Shown: one piece after another, positions 48,100 to 61,886 of the stretch
How the letters are laid out: every line of letters begins with the position of its first letter
Position numbering within the stretch: the stretch's first letter is position 1
Assembly (NCBI GenBank): GCA_028534125.1
Contig: CM052816.1
Coordinates: 34,598,001-34,662,000, forward strand
DNA from: Lama glama
Lineage: Eukaryota
Direction of reading: 5' to 3'
Length of the DNA stretch: 64,000 nucleotides
Made by a program: the position numbers and the translations under genes
Notes under the pieces: model-generated
Databases searched by the model: none
What the model was told of the DNA's origin: nothing
The model's input: the letters and a program-made list of their open reading frames with translations, nothing else

Positions 48100-50840
48100 A
48101 GATATATTTAAAGTCCTAAATGAGAACAATCTGCAACCTAGGATACTCTACCCAGCAAGACTATACTTTAGAATAGGAGAGATAAAGAATTTCACAGACA
48201 AGCAAAACTAAAATAATTCAATAATACTAAGCCTATCCTAAAAGAAATATTGAAAGGTCTGTTCTAAATAGAAAAGAAGCAGGAAGCTATAGAAAAGAGA
48301 AAACCATAATTGGAAATGTGATAACTACAATGAGCTGCTAGAGAATAAGCATGAAGATGTAAAAGAGGACATCAAAATCATAAAAGGTGGGAGAGAAGAG
48401 CAAGAAAATGTAGATTTTCTTCTTGTTCTTTGTAGGTTGTGTTCGAGCCTATATGACTACCAGTCTAAAGCAAACAGATATGGTAATGAGTTAATATACT
48501 TGAAAAATAGAGTAACTATGAAATCAAATGCATACAATAGGGTCACAAAAACAAAAACAAAAACAAACAAAACCAAGCCAATACAAAAGAAAATTATCAA
48601 ACCATAAGAAGAAAAAGAAAGGAAAAAAGAAAAAATACCAAATCAACTGGAAAACAAAGTTTAAAATGGCAGTAAACACACATCTATCAATTACTGTAAA
48701 TGTCAATGGACCAAATGCTCCAATCAAAAGATACAGAGTGGCATATTGGATAATAAAACCAGAACCTACCATATTCTGCCTACAAGAGACCCACTTTAGG
48801 ATGAAGGACACACATAGATTGAAAGTGAGAGTATGAGAAAATATTTCATGCAAATGGAAATTATAAGAAAGCAGGAGTAGCAATTCTCATATCAGACAAA
48901 GTAGATTTTAAAACAAAGGCCATAAAGAAAGATAAAGAAGAACAGTAAATCATGATAAAAGGAGCAATACAAGAAGAGGATATTATACTCATTAATATAT
49001 GCACCCAATATGGGAGCACCTAAATAAATAAAACAAATACTAACAGGCAAAAAGATAGAAATTGACTAGAGCACAATAATAGTAGGAGACTTTAACACCT
49101 CATTACAATCATTGGACAGATCTTCCAGACAGAAAATAAGGCAACAAAGATACTAAATGACTCAATAGAACAGCTGGACTTGGTTGATATTTTTAGGACA
49201 TTATATCCCCAAAAAGCAGAATATACATTCTTCTCAAGTGCCCATGGAACATTCTCTAGGATAGACAACATACTCAGACAAAAAAAGAAGCCTCAACAAA
49301 TTTAAGAGAATAGAAATTATTTCAAGTGTCTTTTCTGACCACAATGCCATGAAACTAGAAATCAACCACAGAGAAACAAACAAGAAAAAAATGACTGTGT
49401 GGAGAGTAAACAACATGCTACTAAAACACCGATGAGTCAATGATGAAACCAAAGAAGAAATTAAAAAATACTTTGAGATAAATGATAATGAAAGCACAAC
49501 CACAAAAGAAAAAAAAAATCTATGGAATGCAGCAAAGGCAATCCTAAGGGGAAAGTTCACAGCATTGCAGGCCTTCCTCAAACAAGACAAAACAAGAAAA
49601 ATCTCAAATAAACAACCTAACCTACCATTTAAAAGAATTAGAAAAAGAAAAACAAACAAAACCTAAAGTCAGCAGAAGGAAAGAAATAATCAAGATCAGA
49701 GAGGAAACAAATAAAATACAAAAAAAAAAAAAATAGAAAAAAATCAATCAAACCAAGAGCTGGTTTTTTGAAAGAGTAAACAAAATTGACACACCTCTGG
49801 CCTGATGCACCAAGAAGAAAAGAAAGAGGACACAAATAAGCAAAATAAGAAATTAAAATGGAGAATTTACAACCAACAGCACAGAAATATATATATAAAA
49901 AAAGAGAATAATATGAACAACTATATGGCAACAAATTGGACAACCTAGAAGAAATGGACAGGTTTCTAGGAACATACAGTCCACCAAAACTGAATCAAGA
50001 AGAAACAGATCATTTGAACAGACCAATCACTAGAAGTGAAATAGAATCAGCAATTAAGAAAAACCTCCCTGCAAACAAAAAGTCCAGGACCAGATGGCTT
50101 CTCTGGGGAATTCTACCAAATATGCAAGGAGGAACTCATACCAGTCCTTCTCAAACTCTTCCAAAAGATTGAAGAGGAGGGAATACTCCCAAACTCATTC
50201 TATAAAGCCATCATCACCCCAATACCAAAACTAGATAAAGACACTATCAAAAAAGAAAATTACAAACCAATATCATTGATGAACATAAATGCAAAAATCC
50301 TCAACAAAATATTTGCAGACAGAATCCCACAACACATAAAAGAGTTTGTACACCATGATCAAGTTGGATTCATCCCAGGGACACAAAGATGGTTCAACGT
50401 ACACAAATCAATCAATGTGATACACCACATCAACAAAAGAAAGGACAAAAATCACATGATCATCTCAATAGATGCAGAAAAAGCATTTGATAAAATTCAA
50501 TGCTCATTTATGCTAAAAACTCTTACCAAAGTGAGTATAGAGTATATATCTCAACATAATAAAAGCTATTTATGACAAACCCACAGCCAGCATAACACTC
50601 AATGATGATAAGTTGAAAGCCTTCCCACTAACATCTGGAATAAGACAAGGATGCCCACTCGCACCACTTCTATTCAACATACTCTTGGAAGTCCTAGCCA
50701 CAGCAGTCAGGCAAGAAAAAGAAATAAAAGGAATCCAAATTGGAAGAGAACAGGTTAAAATGTTACTATATGTGGATGACATGATATCGTATATAGAAAA
50801 CCCGGAAGGCTCCACACCAAAACTACTGGAGCTGATAAAA
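48100..50840 (+). mobile_element. L1 internal fragment: end of ORF1, inter-ORF region, ORF2 endonuclease to RT; disrupted
   Basis: HLSITVNVNGPNAPIKR..CLQETHF (EN); [74 protein letters not shown] (RT). Multiple frameshifts. Confidence 0.95.
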
Positions 50841-50879
50841 GACAAGACAAAAAAAACTTGTGGAAATATTCCAATGAAA

Positions 50880-51345
50880 GATTGATAACTAAAAGCAGTA
50901 TTTGATCCTAGCTTGGATCTCACAATGGGAGGAAAAAATGCTATAAAGATATTATTTTGTTAATGGGTAAAATTGACATATGGATGGTGGACTAGGTAAA
51001 AGTATTGTTTCATTGTATATTTACTGAAGTTTAAAACCATATTGTAGTTATTTATATAAAAGAATGTCCTAATATTATGAAACATACACTGAAGTATTTA
51101 GGGATAAAGAGCATGATGTTATCTATGTTACTCTCATATTGTTGACTGAAAAATATATTTTTATATATATATACATATATATTTAAATACATACAGTAGA
51201 TAGGTAAGTTGAGAGAAAGCAAAAATGATAAAGCAATGGAGTAAAATATTAACAATTGGTGAATCTGGGTAAAGTGAATATTGGTATTTTCTGTAATATT
51301 TTTATGCTTACATCTTTGTATAAATTATTTCCAACTAAAAAGAGA
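50880..51345 (+). mobile_element. Old L1 3' UTR (L1MC3/4-like)
   Basis: gaaacatacactgaagtatttagggataaagagcatgatg...taacaattggtgaatctgggtaaag. Confidence 0.7.
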
Positions 51346-52224
51346 GTTTTTTTGTTTGTTTGCTGGGACTTGTGTGTCTTGTATGTTTAGCAAAGGCTAA
51401 ATTTTAAGATAAATTATTTTAGATAAATTATTTTAAGATAAAGCCTTTTTCATCTGAAAAGTTTCCTGTTTAAGAATCAGTCTTCTCTAAGTGAACTGTT
51501 TATCTGTCTTACAGAGGACACTGATCTGCAGAGAAGGAGGTAGTAATTAGAGAAGCACCTAAGGAAGCTGGTTATGGGTACTATTTTGATCCAGGAAAAG
51601 ATATTTTTTCTTACACTGTGGAGTTGTTAGCTCAAGATGAACAAAATTTTAATGGGAAGAACATAAGATTATGAGTTATAGCAAATTTATTTATAGCTTT
51701 AACATTTTACTTTAAATAAATGGCAATATGTAGGAGAAAACAAACTACTTTGGTTTCCAGAGAGCAGGTATGATATATTTGAGGAAAGAAAAACCCCAAA
51801 AATTACAGTGCTTCTTTAGAAGCCAGTGTTGTCCTCTAGTGCTTTCCCCTTTGAGTTATCTGTGGGATAAATTCACTTCTCTGCCCATGTTGATCATATA
51901 CAGTCTACTTTGCTCATGTCTCCTGTCCTCCCCTCACTGTGGATTAGCAATAATGCAGAAGTTCTCTGAGTGCCAGGAACAGTAAACCTCCCCACCTGCT
52001 CATCCACCCAGATTTGTCTTAGTTACAGGACCATTTGATTGTGATTACTTTAAGCCATTAATTTGTACTTGAACGAGTCCCAAATGAAGGGCTAATCTCT
52101 AAGATAGATCTGTTAGAATTTTTACAGTTCAGGTGATTGGAATGCTTTCAACCCTACAAAGACTACAGTATCCAAAAGCATTTTATAAAATATGTATACT
52201 CTAACTGTATATTTTTGAATTTCT

Positions 52225-52480
52225 TTTACTTTTAAAACTTTTTTTATTATGGAAGTGTTCAGACTTACACAAAAGTAGGGAGCATTATATAATGATCTCC
52301 CATTCACCCATCACATAGCTTCAACAGTATATCAGCCTATGGGCCCTCTGGTTTTACTGAGCCCCACCTCTTTCATATCTTGGCCCCCACTGGATTTTTT
52401 TTTGATGTAATTCTCAGATATTATATCATTTTATTTACAAATACTTCAGCATGTAGCTCTTTGAAAAAATATTATTATAC
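52225..52480 (-). mobile_element. Old L1 (L1MB-ME) 3' fragment
   Basis: ttttattatggaagtgttcagacttacacaaaagtag...cccatcacatagcttcaaca. Confidence 0.6.
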
Positions 52481-55404
52481 CGAATAATTATTTAAAGGCA
52501 ATTCTAAATTGAAACTTTAAGTATTTTTATTCCTTTTCTTTTTGGCATTTCTTCGTGATCTGTCTCTTTGGTTTCTAACCCTTTCTGTACAGCAGGGAGA
52601 CACACAAAATCAAAGACATTGCTTAAAGTCCAAGAAACTTCCCCCAGATTATAAACAGCTTAGAGTTTGCTTGTAATCTAAAGCTACATAGCCTTAAACA
52701 TTTTTAACCTCTCTATTGTAAAATAAAACATAGACAGAAAACTAGGTAAATGTATAGCTTAATGAATTACCATAAGGCTAACATCCTTGTAGCCGCCTCA
52801 CAGGTCACCTCAAAAGTCTCTCCATTTGAATCACCTCAACATCAGCTGTTCTGTCCCTCAAAAGCAACCACCGGCTTTATAATTATCCTCGGGGTGCTTT
52901 GCTTTATGATTCTACCACCCAAGAGTATAAACCTAGACCGTATAGTTTTTAGCTATACCCATTTCTTTTAAACTTAGTATATGTTTTTGAAGCTACATGT
53001 CCTTTAAGACAGACTATATGCTTCTCCCACTGAATTTTCACTACTTTCCCCATCCATGAAAAGTAATTACATTTTAAACAGTCTTTCCTTCAATGTACCA
53101 TTACTATAACTAAAATAATATTCAACTAAACCCACACAAAAATTAAAAACAAACACTTTTTTTCCTGATGTAAGCAGACATATTAGTCCAAAATACTTTG
53201 ATCTAGATTGAGGTGGGAGGCATAAAGCACATTTTTATCATAGCCAACACTAGAAAGCCCAACAGTAAGTACTTCATTGTATTTTGAATAACTTCTGGTG
53301 GCAAAGTTTCCTCTCAGTTGTCATGACAATATTCACATTCTTTACAGTGTGGAAGCAATTAGAGAGTACCTGGGAGATTAAAAGAAAACAAAAAAGAGAA
53401 AAACTTCTAGACAAAGGTGTTGATTCAGAATAATTAGGATGAAATACATTTTGATCACTTCTGGAGAGAACAGTTTTTAAAAATCTTTCCACCCCGATTT
53501 TTATTGACTAGGGAAACAGTATGGCCTCATATCAGCTAATGTGATTGAAGAAAAATATCCAAAAGAGCATACCTTAAAATATGAATTTCCATTTTGCATT
53601 CTCTTTTCACTAAGTCTTTTATGCTTACACATCATAAGGTGAAATTTAGAAACATAGTTTATGCTGCAAAAGGGTATCCATTACAGAAATGGTGTCAGCA
53701 AGAGCTTTCTTCCAATAAGATAGTAGATAATTGTAGGATATTTTTCTTCATTTATATTTCATAGTCAGACTTAGGTTAGAAAGAAACCCAAAAAAAAAAA
53801 AAAATCTAGCATTAGCTGTCATGTTTGGTAAATGAGAGTAACAGTAACATTACTGCTTATAACTTGATTCTTGTTAAATCAAGAATCTTTTGTATTTTAG
53901 TGAGAGGATTAGATCCTAAAATTTCATTCTTTTGTTTCCCTTCAGTTTTCCTTTCTTCTTTATTTCTAGTCTTTTAGAAAAATAATCATGTGTCATTGAT
54001 TATCCATTAGCTGTAATACCAATTATTAATGTGAAAAGTGATTTTCACTCTTTTAAAATGGCTTTATAGGACTTGAAAGGATAATCCAGATTTTACAAAG
54101 TCCTGAATGTGCTAATAAAATGCAGCATTGTTTAATTTTGGTCATATTATTACCCAAAAGAGAATTAGCTGAAGAAATAACCATGCTACTATTATCATGC
54201 ATTTACATCAAGGAGTTTTTATGTTAACCTATATTTTTCCACCAATATTATATATGACAACGAAGGTGCAACTGAATAAATAGCTGTCCTTATGAAATTG
54301 AGGCATTTGATAAACTATGCTCTAAATTTAAGTCTCATTGAATTATATCATTTATTTTCCCTTAAAAACTTAATGATTAAAAGTCATTGTTTATCTGAGC
54401 AAACTTGGTATTACCTTAAGCTCTTGAGGAACCTAGCAAAGACGTGACCTCTGTCCTAAGTTTTATATCTCGAATTCCTTTAAGAGGGGAAAAAATGACT
54501 TCAAGATCTGGTCACCATTTCTCAGCTGTCAAAAATGTCTTTTCTCTCTGGTGGTAGAGAAATATCACATTGCACTACTTTGTTTCAAGGTCGTCTGTCA
54601 AGAGTCTCAATTTACCTGCAAGTCTTGAAGGATCTTAAACATCAATAAGTGGCTCATTCCCACCTTGCAATGTAAGATTGCGTCTGTTCTTGTGTCATCT
54701 GATAAGATGGTGAGTGTGTTTTTGAGCAGTGTTAGCAGTAAACACTCAAAAACATCACATCCAATTCTCTTCCTTGAGAGAGGATGAAGATATCTCCTTC
54801 TAAGGAGTAGAAACTCTCTGGCATTGTGTCTTTGTCAAACAGTTCACTTCCTAATGAAGCAATAACCTTTCTATATAGAGAATCTTTAAAAGATACATGG
54901 GTTTTTTGTCCCTATTGTGAAAGAGACAGTATTCGTGCCTAGACTGTTCATAAAACATCCCTTTTGTGTGCAACCTCCCTATTTTTATGGAATTTAAAGC
55001 ATTCTTTCACATTGATATACCAAATAGCCATCTGGACAACACAGTAGTGGGCAGTTTATTAAAGAGAAGTTTTAAATAGGAAACCGTAAGAGCCTATTTT
55101 CTTCTTTACATTGCAAGTGTAAGGACATCAAATGTCAGTGTATTTATTTTTGTATAATTCTGGGTCCCTTTTTGTATGGAACACAAGCTTAACAGTTTTC
55201 TGTGAAGTTGAAACCCCTCTGCCCATGCTCAGGAAGCCTAAACAGGCTAGGATATGACTGGATAAGTTATTAATGCATTTCCCACAATTATCATTACTGC
55301 TAATCATTATAACATTTTGTAAGAGCACTCAGTATTAAGTAGGTTGGCACTTTCCTTAACATTTCCTTCTATGCCATTATCTTCTATCCAACAGAGGGTC
55401 AGAA

Positions 55405-55790
55405 AATTCATTTATTTATTTATTCAACCATCAAGAATATTTATGGAGGACTTTCTATGTGCATGGCACTCTTCTTAGTGTTAGAGAATATTCGAATGAG
55501 TTTAAGAAAAGGCCCTTGCTTTCAAGGACCTTGTGCTCTTACACAGACAGTTAAGACATGCTTTCAGAAACCCACAATAGACAGCAATGCTATTTGAGTG
55601 GTAAAGGGAAAGGAAATATCTATTGATCATCTAAATGCATTCACATATGATCTCATATAATTCTGACAGCCACCCTCCCCCAGGAGTATTATTATCACTG
55701 CTTTTTTTTTTTTTAACTAGAAAGATGAAGAAATTGCTGAAGGTCGTGGGATTTAAAAGTGGATTTGTCTGAGTCCAAAGCCCACATTCA
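55405..55790 (-). mobile_element. L2 3' end followed by a MIR fragment
   Basis: ttcatttatttatttattcaac...atatttatggagga...gcccttgctttcaaggac; atctcatataattctgacagc. Confidence 0.6.
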
Positions 55791-58079
55791 ATCTAGTTGG
55801 AACAGAATCTTACCCTTTCAGGAAACGAAAAGGTCACTTCAAAATCTGATTGAATAGTAGAGAGGATGTTCCAGGACTAAGGCCCATGGAAGGGAGTGAG
55901 GTGGAAAGGGAAGGATTTACTTGGGGCACAGCAAGGAGCAGTGCTGATAAGTAGTGGGAAAGGAGGCTGTAACTGCAGCTGTGGGCCTGTGGAATAAGGC
56001 TATTTAGTGGTGAATAGCGGAAGCTGCACTTTATCCTCAACCAAAAGACCACTGGAACTTTCTGATTAAGGACATGTGGTGATCAATGTCATCTTTCAGA
56101 AAAACATTCTGCCAGTAAGATTCAGAGGGGGAGAGATGCAAGCTACTCTATCATTCCCAGTGCAAGTCACACTTCTGGTTTCTGGGTTGGCCCAGGAAGC
56201 TCCCAGTTATGCTTTCTGTGGTCTGTGGTGGACATGTTCACTCCTTCCTGTGTGAAACTCACAGTTCCTTTTCACTTACAAGTGTGTTATGGAGAAGTGC
56301 TTCTGTGGCTGACAAAAAAAAGGGGGAGAGCAAGGCAAGAAAAAGGGGAGTTTCAAATGCATTATACTGCAGTGAAAATAATGATTAAAAGAACAGAGTA
56401 AGCTCAACTTATTTTGTACATTTTTTATCTCACAAAAAAGTAAATGCCCATCCTTACGGGATGGGTGAAAGAAGAGATTCTGAGGTGATGGCAACTTTAT
56501 AAATACCCTTCAAAAATGCATACCTAATCAAAGTTCTAGAAGGTCTAGGTGGGGAGGAGTGGAGGGGTCACAGCCCGCTTAGAAGGGAATGGCATTACAT
56601 CAGAGCATCTATAGCATATGATTATCAGAGGCTGAGGGTAGGAGTTCAGTACTAGGAGACACAGATATGCCCAGATATTGTAGGAGTATCTGAACCCTAC
56701 ACCTAAACTACCTTTAATTATCTTTCATTAGAGGATAATGTTTATCCTCCCTGGTTGTACATTAGGATCACCTCAAGAGTTTTGAAGAAAAAAATACCCA
56801 CATCCAAGCCCTACTGTCAAGAGGTCCTGAATTAATTGCTCTGAGAATTTCTTATCCTATTTTAAAAATTGAATTTAATTTACAGAGGGTAACACATGCA
56901 GATTTTTGGTCTGTGGTTAATGAATGATTGCAGTTTTTAAAATTAAGATGCCATAAAATTCAGAGATGCACAATCTTTGACCTTCAAGCAGCATACTGAA
57001 CATATGTAAGACTAGGAGAAATTCAGAAATTTAGCAGAAATGGGGATGATTATTAAAATTACTTTAAAATTTTATTTTGAGCTACATTTACTCAGAAAGT
57101 ACAGTTTGACAAGATTCACTCTATTTGTTTTTAATTTTCTTTTGTGGCTGTATATACTAGAACAACAAATTAATGACACGCATCAGTGAAGTCTGGGAAG
57201 ACCATGCACCATGTGGCCTGGAGATATTGTTCCCTTGTGATTTACCCCACTGGTATGACCTAAAGTCCTGTTATGGAGCAGTAAGATTGTATGAGAAGAA
57301 TGAATGCAGATGGCTATTCTTGGTGGTATGTTCTGGTCCCCAAAGCTTTAATAGAGACCCTTACTTGGTCCTGTTATTCTGTATGGAGAAGATGGGAGAG
57401 AGAGTAATACTGGGAATTCTACCAGCACCAGCCTGTCTAAAGGAAAGGCTTGTCTGGTGTCATGCTTCCATGACTAAGATCCTCTGCATGGAAGAATACT
57501 AGAGAATACCAAAAGGTCAAATGCAGAAGAGCATAAAGGAAGAAAAAATAGAACCAGAAGTTTAAGGTGTTTTTCAATTTTCCTTATCATGATTAAAACT
57601 GCTTCTGAAACATTGGTAAGAGGGAGGATTGGGAATTTTATCAGCAAGAAAAAAAGTGATTTGGTAAACATGTAAGCAATTAAACATGTGAGATATAACT
57701 TTATTATTTGATGTTCATTTCTGGTATTCTTTCTGGGAGAACTAATGACACACTAAAACCTAATTTCTGGAACCAGCTTTTGGAAGCTCAGTTTTTAAAT
57801 TCTTACTGGTTATTGACAATAAGCAAACTAACTCTTAAGAAGACAGAGAAACCACACGTGATCTCCATTTCAACTAGCATTAGGCCTAGAAAAACATTTC
57901 ATCATAGATTTGAACATTTTAATTTCAGAGATGTGTTTAAAATGAGTGAATAAATCATGTGTAAGTTTAGTTAGCTGGAGAGAAGATTTTAGTATTTGGA
58001 AATGTAAGCATAGCGATGAAACAACATCATAGAGGCACCATTTTCCCCTCAGTACCCCGTATATAAATGGGCACTGAAG

Positions 58080-58295
58080 GGAATAACTTTTGAGAGTTTC
58101 CCATATGCCAGACCAGGCTCTGAGAAAAGTTCATTACATGGATTATCTCATTTAATTCTCACAAACAACACTTTCATGGTGTTGTATGTTTCTCAGGAAC
58201 TGAGAAGTTAAATAACTTAACCGAAGTCACCCACCTCACAGGGACAGAGGCAGGACTGAAACCCAGGCAGGCTGATTTCAGACTCGGGATATGCA
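58080..58295 (-). mobile_element. MIR
   Basis: catggattatctcatttaattctcaca; gagaagttaaataactt; aaacccaggcaggctga. Confidence 0.7.
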
Positions 58296-58610
58296 CAGAG
58301 TTAAAAGTCAAGTCCCCTTTTTCAATGAGCAGCATAAAAAATATAGTCCAAGGTCCCCAGTGGAGCCTGTTTAGAGGGAGGATAGGAAAAGGCGGGGAAT
58401 TGAAACCCATCCCTGCTTCGCTTCTCCTTACCCCCCTTGCTGAATCCTCACAAGAAGCATCAGGCAATCAGGTAGTTTTCTTCTCCGACCCCTCTCCTCG
58501 CTTCAAGCAGCATGTTCAAAGCGACCAGAAGGACAGTTGTGGTAGCAGACAGGGACAGTAGTTCAGGAGGCTCTCCTCTGCCTATCACCCTGTGAAGCTG
58601 GGTATGTCTC

Positions 58611-60710
58611 TGACCATAAATGCAAGAGTTTATTTCTGGGCTCTCTATTGTGTTCCATTGGTCAATATGTCTATTTTTGTGCCAACATCATATTGTCTTG
58701 ATTACTGTAGCTCTGTAATAGTCTGAGGCCAAAGAACATGTTATCTCCAGCTTTGTTCTTTGCTCTCAAGATTGCCTTGGCTATTCAGGATCTTTTGTGA
58801 TTCTGAGTAAATTTTAGGATTATTTGTTCTAGTTCTGTGAGAAATGTCATGAGTATTTTGATAGAGAGTGCATTAAATCTGTAGATTGCTTTGGATAATA
58901 TGAACATTTTAACAATATTAATTCTTCCAATCCATGAATACATGATATCTTTCCATTTCTTTGTATCATATTCAATTTCCTTCATCAGTGTTTTATAGTT
59001 TACAGAGGATAGGTCTTTCGCCATCTTGGTTAAGTTTATTCTCAGGTATTTTATTCTTTTTGATGTGATTTTAAAGGGGATTGTTTTCTTGCTTACTCTT
59101 TCTGATAGTTCATTATTAGTGTATATTAATCTTTTATCCTGCAACCTTGCTGAAACTATTTATTAGTTCTCATAGTTTTATGGTGGAGACTTAAGGGTTT
59201 TCCATGTGTTGTATCATGTCACCTGCAAATAGTGACAGTTTTACTTCTTCCCTTCCAATTTGAATGCCTTTTATTTCTTTTTCTTGTATGATTGCTATGA
59301 CTAGGACTTCCAATACTATGTTAAATAGAAGTGGTGAGAGTAGGCATGCTTGCCTTATTCCTGATTTTAGAGGAAAAGCTGAAAGCTTTTCACCATTGAA
59401 TATGATATTAGCTGTGGGTTTGTCATAAATGACCTTTATTATGTTGAGATGTGTTTCCCCTATAGTTCCCCCTATAGTTCCCCCTATACCAACTTTGATA
59501 AGAGTTTTTATCATGAATGGATATTGTCTAATGTTTTTTCTCTGTCTTTTGAGATGATCATGTGATTTTTACCCTTTCTTTTTTTAATGTGGTGAATTGC
59601 ACTGATTTGTGAATATTGAACCATAATATTGAGCCATCCTTGCATCCCTAGAATAAACCACACTTGATCATGGTGTGTGATCCTTTTTACATATTGTTGA
59701 ATTCAGTTTACTAGCATTTTGCTAAGGATTTTTACGTATATATTCATCAGAGGTATTGGCCTATAATTTTCTTTTTTGTGTGATGTATTTGTCTGGGTCT
59801 GGTATCAGGGTAATATTTGCCCTATAGAATGAATTTGGAAGTGTTCCCTACTCTTCAATATTTTGGAATAGTTTGAAGAGAATAGGTATTAGCTCTTTTT
59901 ATGTTTGGTAGAATTCCCCAGTGAAGCCATCTGGTCCTAGACATCTGTTTGCTGGGAGTTTTTTTTAATTACAAGTTCAATTTCTCTACTAGTGATGGTT
60001 CAGATTGTTTCTTCATGATTCAGTCTTGGAAGATTGTGTTTCTAGAAATTTATCTATTTTTTTCTAGGTTGTCCAATTTGTTTGCTTATAACTGTTCTCA
60101 GTATTCTCTTAGGATTTTTTATACCCCTGTGATATCGGTTGTTATTTCCCCTCTTTCATTTCTTACTTTGTTTATTTGGGTCCTCTTTTTTCCTTAATGA
60201 GCCTGACTAAAGGGTTATCAGTTTTTTGTTTGTTTTTTTTTTCCAAAAAGCCAGCTCTTGATTTCATTGATCTTTCCTATTATTTTCTTGGGTGGGGGGA
60301 GTCTCGATTTTATTTATTTCTTTGCTAATATTTATTATTTCTTTCTTTATGTTGACTTTGGGCTTTGTTTGTTCTTCTTCTAATTCCTTCAGTTGGTAGG
60401 TTAGGTTGTTTATTTGAGATTTTTCTTGTTTCTTGAGGTATACCCGTACTGTTATAAACTTCCCTCTTAGAACTGCGTTTGCTATGTCCCAGAGATTTTG
60501 GAAAGTTGTGTTTTTATTTTCATTTGTCTCAAGGTATTTTCTGATTTCCTCTTTGATTTGTTCACTGACCCTCTGGGGGTTTTTTGTTTGTTTGTTTGTT
60601 TGTTTTTTTAGTAGAATATTGTTTAGTCTCCACATGTTTTTGTTTTTCATATTTTTCTTCCTATAATTGATTTCTAGTTTCATACTATTGTGGTTGGAAA
60701 AAAATGCTTG
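58611..60710 (-). mobile_element. L1 ORF2 internal fragment (linker, RT, post-RT); disrupted
   Basis: [77 protein letters not shown]. Confidence 0.95.
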
Positions 60711-60884
60711 TGTCACCTTCTTTGATCCTCATGAACTCATTGAGGTAGGCATAGCAATAATAACATTTCACTTATACATGAAGACACCAAATAGCCTAGA
60801 GGTTTCATGTTCCCCTGAGGTGACACAGATATCATGTGAATGAATTGAGGCTGGGAGCTGAGTGTTCTGAAAGTCTAATTTTAT

Positions 60885-61235
60885 GGAGTGAGTATTTGTG
60901 ATCACCCAAAATATATATGTTGAAATAATATGATGGTTTTAGGAGATTGAGCCTTGGGGAGATGCTAACATCATGAGGGTGAAACTCTCATGAGTGGAAT
61001 TAGTGACATTATAAAAGATATGCTAGAGAGCTCTTTTGCTTTCTTTGCCATGTGAAGACACAGAGAGAAGATGGCAGTCTATGAACCAGGAAGCAGGCTC
61101 TCCTAAGACACTGAGTTTGCTGGTGCCTTGATCGTGTACTTCCCAGTTTCCAGAACTGAGACATTTATTTCTGTTGTTTGTAAGCACTCAATCTATGGTA
61201 ATTGGTTATAGCAGCCCAAATGGATTAAAACAGTT
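60885..61235 (+). mobile_element. MaLR solo LTR (MLT1A-like), preceded by a MIR fragment (~60720-60870)
   Basis: gccatgtgaagacacagagagaagatggcagtctatgaaccaggaagcaggctctc...ttatagcagcccaaatggattaaaaca. Confidence 0.85.
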
Positions 61236-61749
61236 AATGTTCTTTCATTATTTCTTCCTATCTTTTAAAGAAAGTATCATGTAGGATATTCATGAATGTA
61301 TATGACAGAAATAAATAGATGAGGTAATGGATGTGAGGAAGGGAGCAGAGCAAATGGTGAACTCCATTTCCAGGAATAAAAGTCACAGAATGAGTAGGCT
61401 AGCAGGCAGTTACTGTTGAAACTTCTAAAGAGGCAGTCAAGGAGGGGCCAGAAGGGAATAGGCCTAGACATTTTTTTTTGACATTTCAGTAAAGACCAGA
61501 ACAAATTTTATATACTGTGTAAAAAAAGTCTGTTATGTTTCCAACTCGTTCATTCATTCATTCATTCATTCAACACACACATAGTGAGTACCTAACATGC
61601 TCCAGGCAAGGGGATCAAAGAGTGAGCCACATAGATACAGGAGAGCTGGATGCCCAGAACTTATGGTCTGGTGGGGAAATACCACTGTTACTTATTATTC
61701 ATGCTTGTCCTGGCTCTCCTCACAGCAGCTGGCAGTTGGGGGAGCAGCT

Positions 61750-61886
61750 CATTTGCATAAGTTTGCTGATTCATGGTGTAAGTAGTCCCACCCATGGCTG
61801 ATAGGAAGCTGCTAAGGTGATGTCAGCTGGCTCACAAAATTCCTGAAAATTTTACAAGTAGCTCTCCGGGCTCATCATGCCACTGA
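61750..61886 (-). mobile_element. MER63-like hAT fossil
   Basis: ctggctcacaaaattcctgaaaatttta...ccactg terminus. Confidence 0.6.

Noticed and set aside
48528..50885. Endonuclease/RT ORFs as a functional gene or novel RT system
   Set aside because: Frameshifted fragments of ordinary L1 ORF2; the same applies to 58785-60716.
61751..61758. Octamer ATTTGCAT
   Set aside because: Single 8-mer at the edge of a DNA-transposon fossil with no supporting context; expected by chance in 64 kb.
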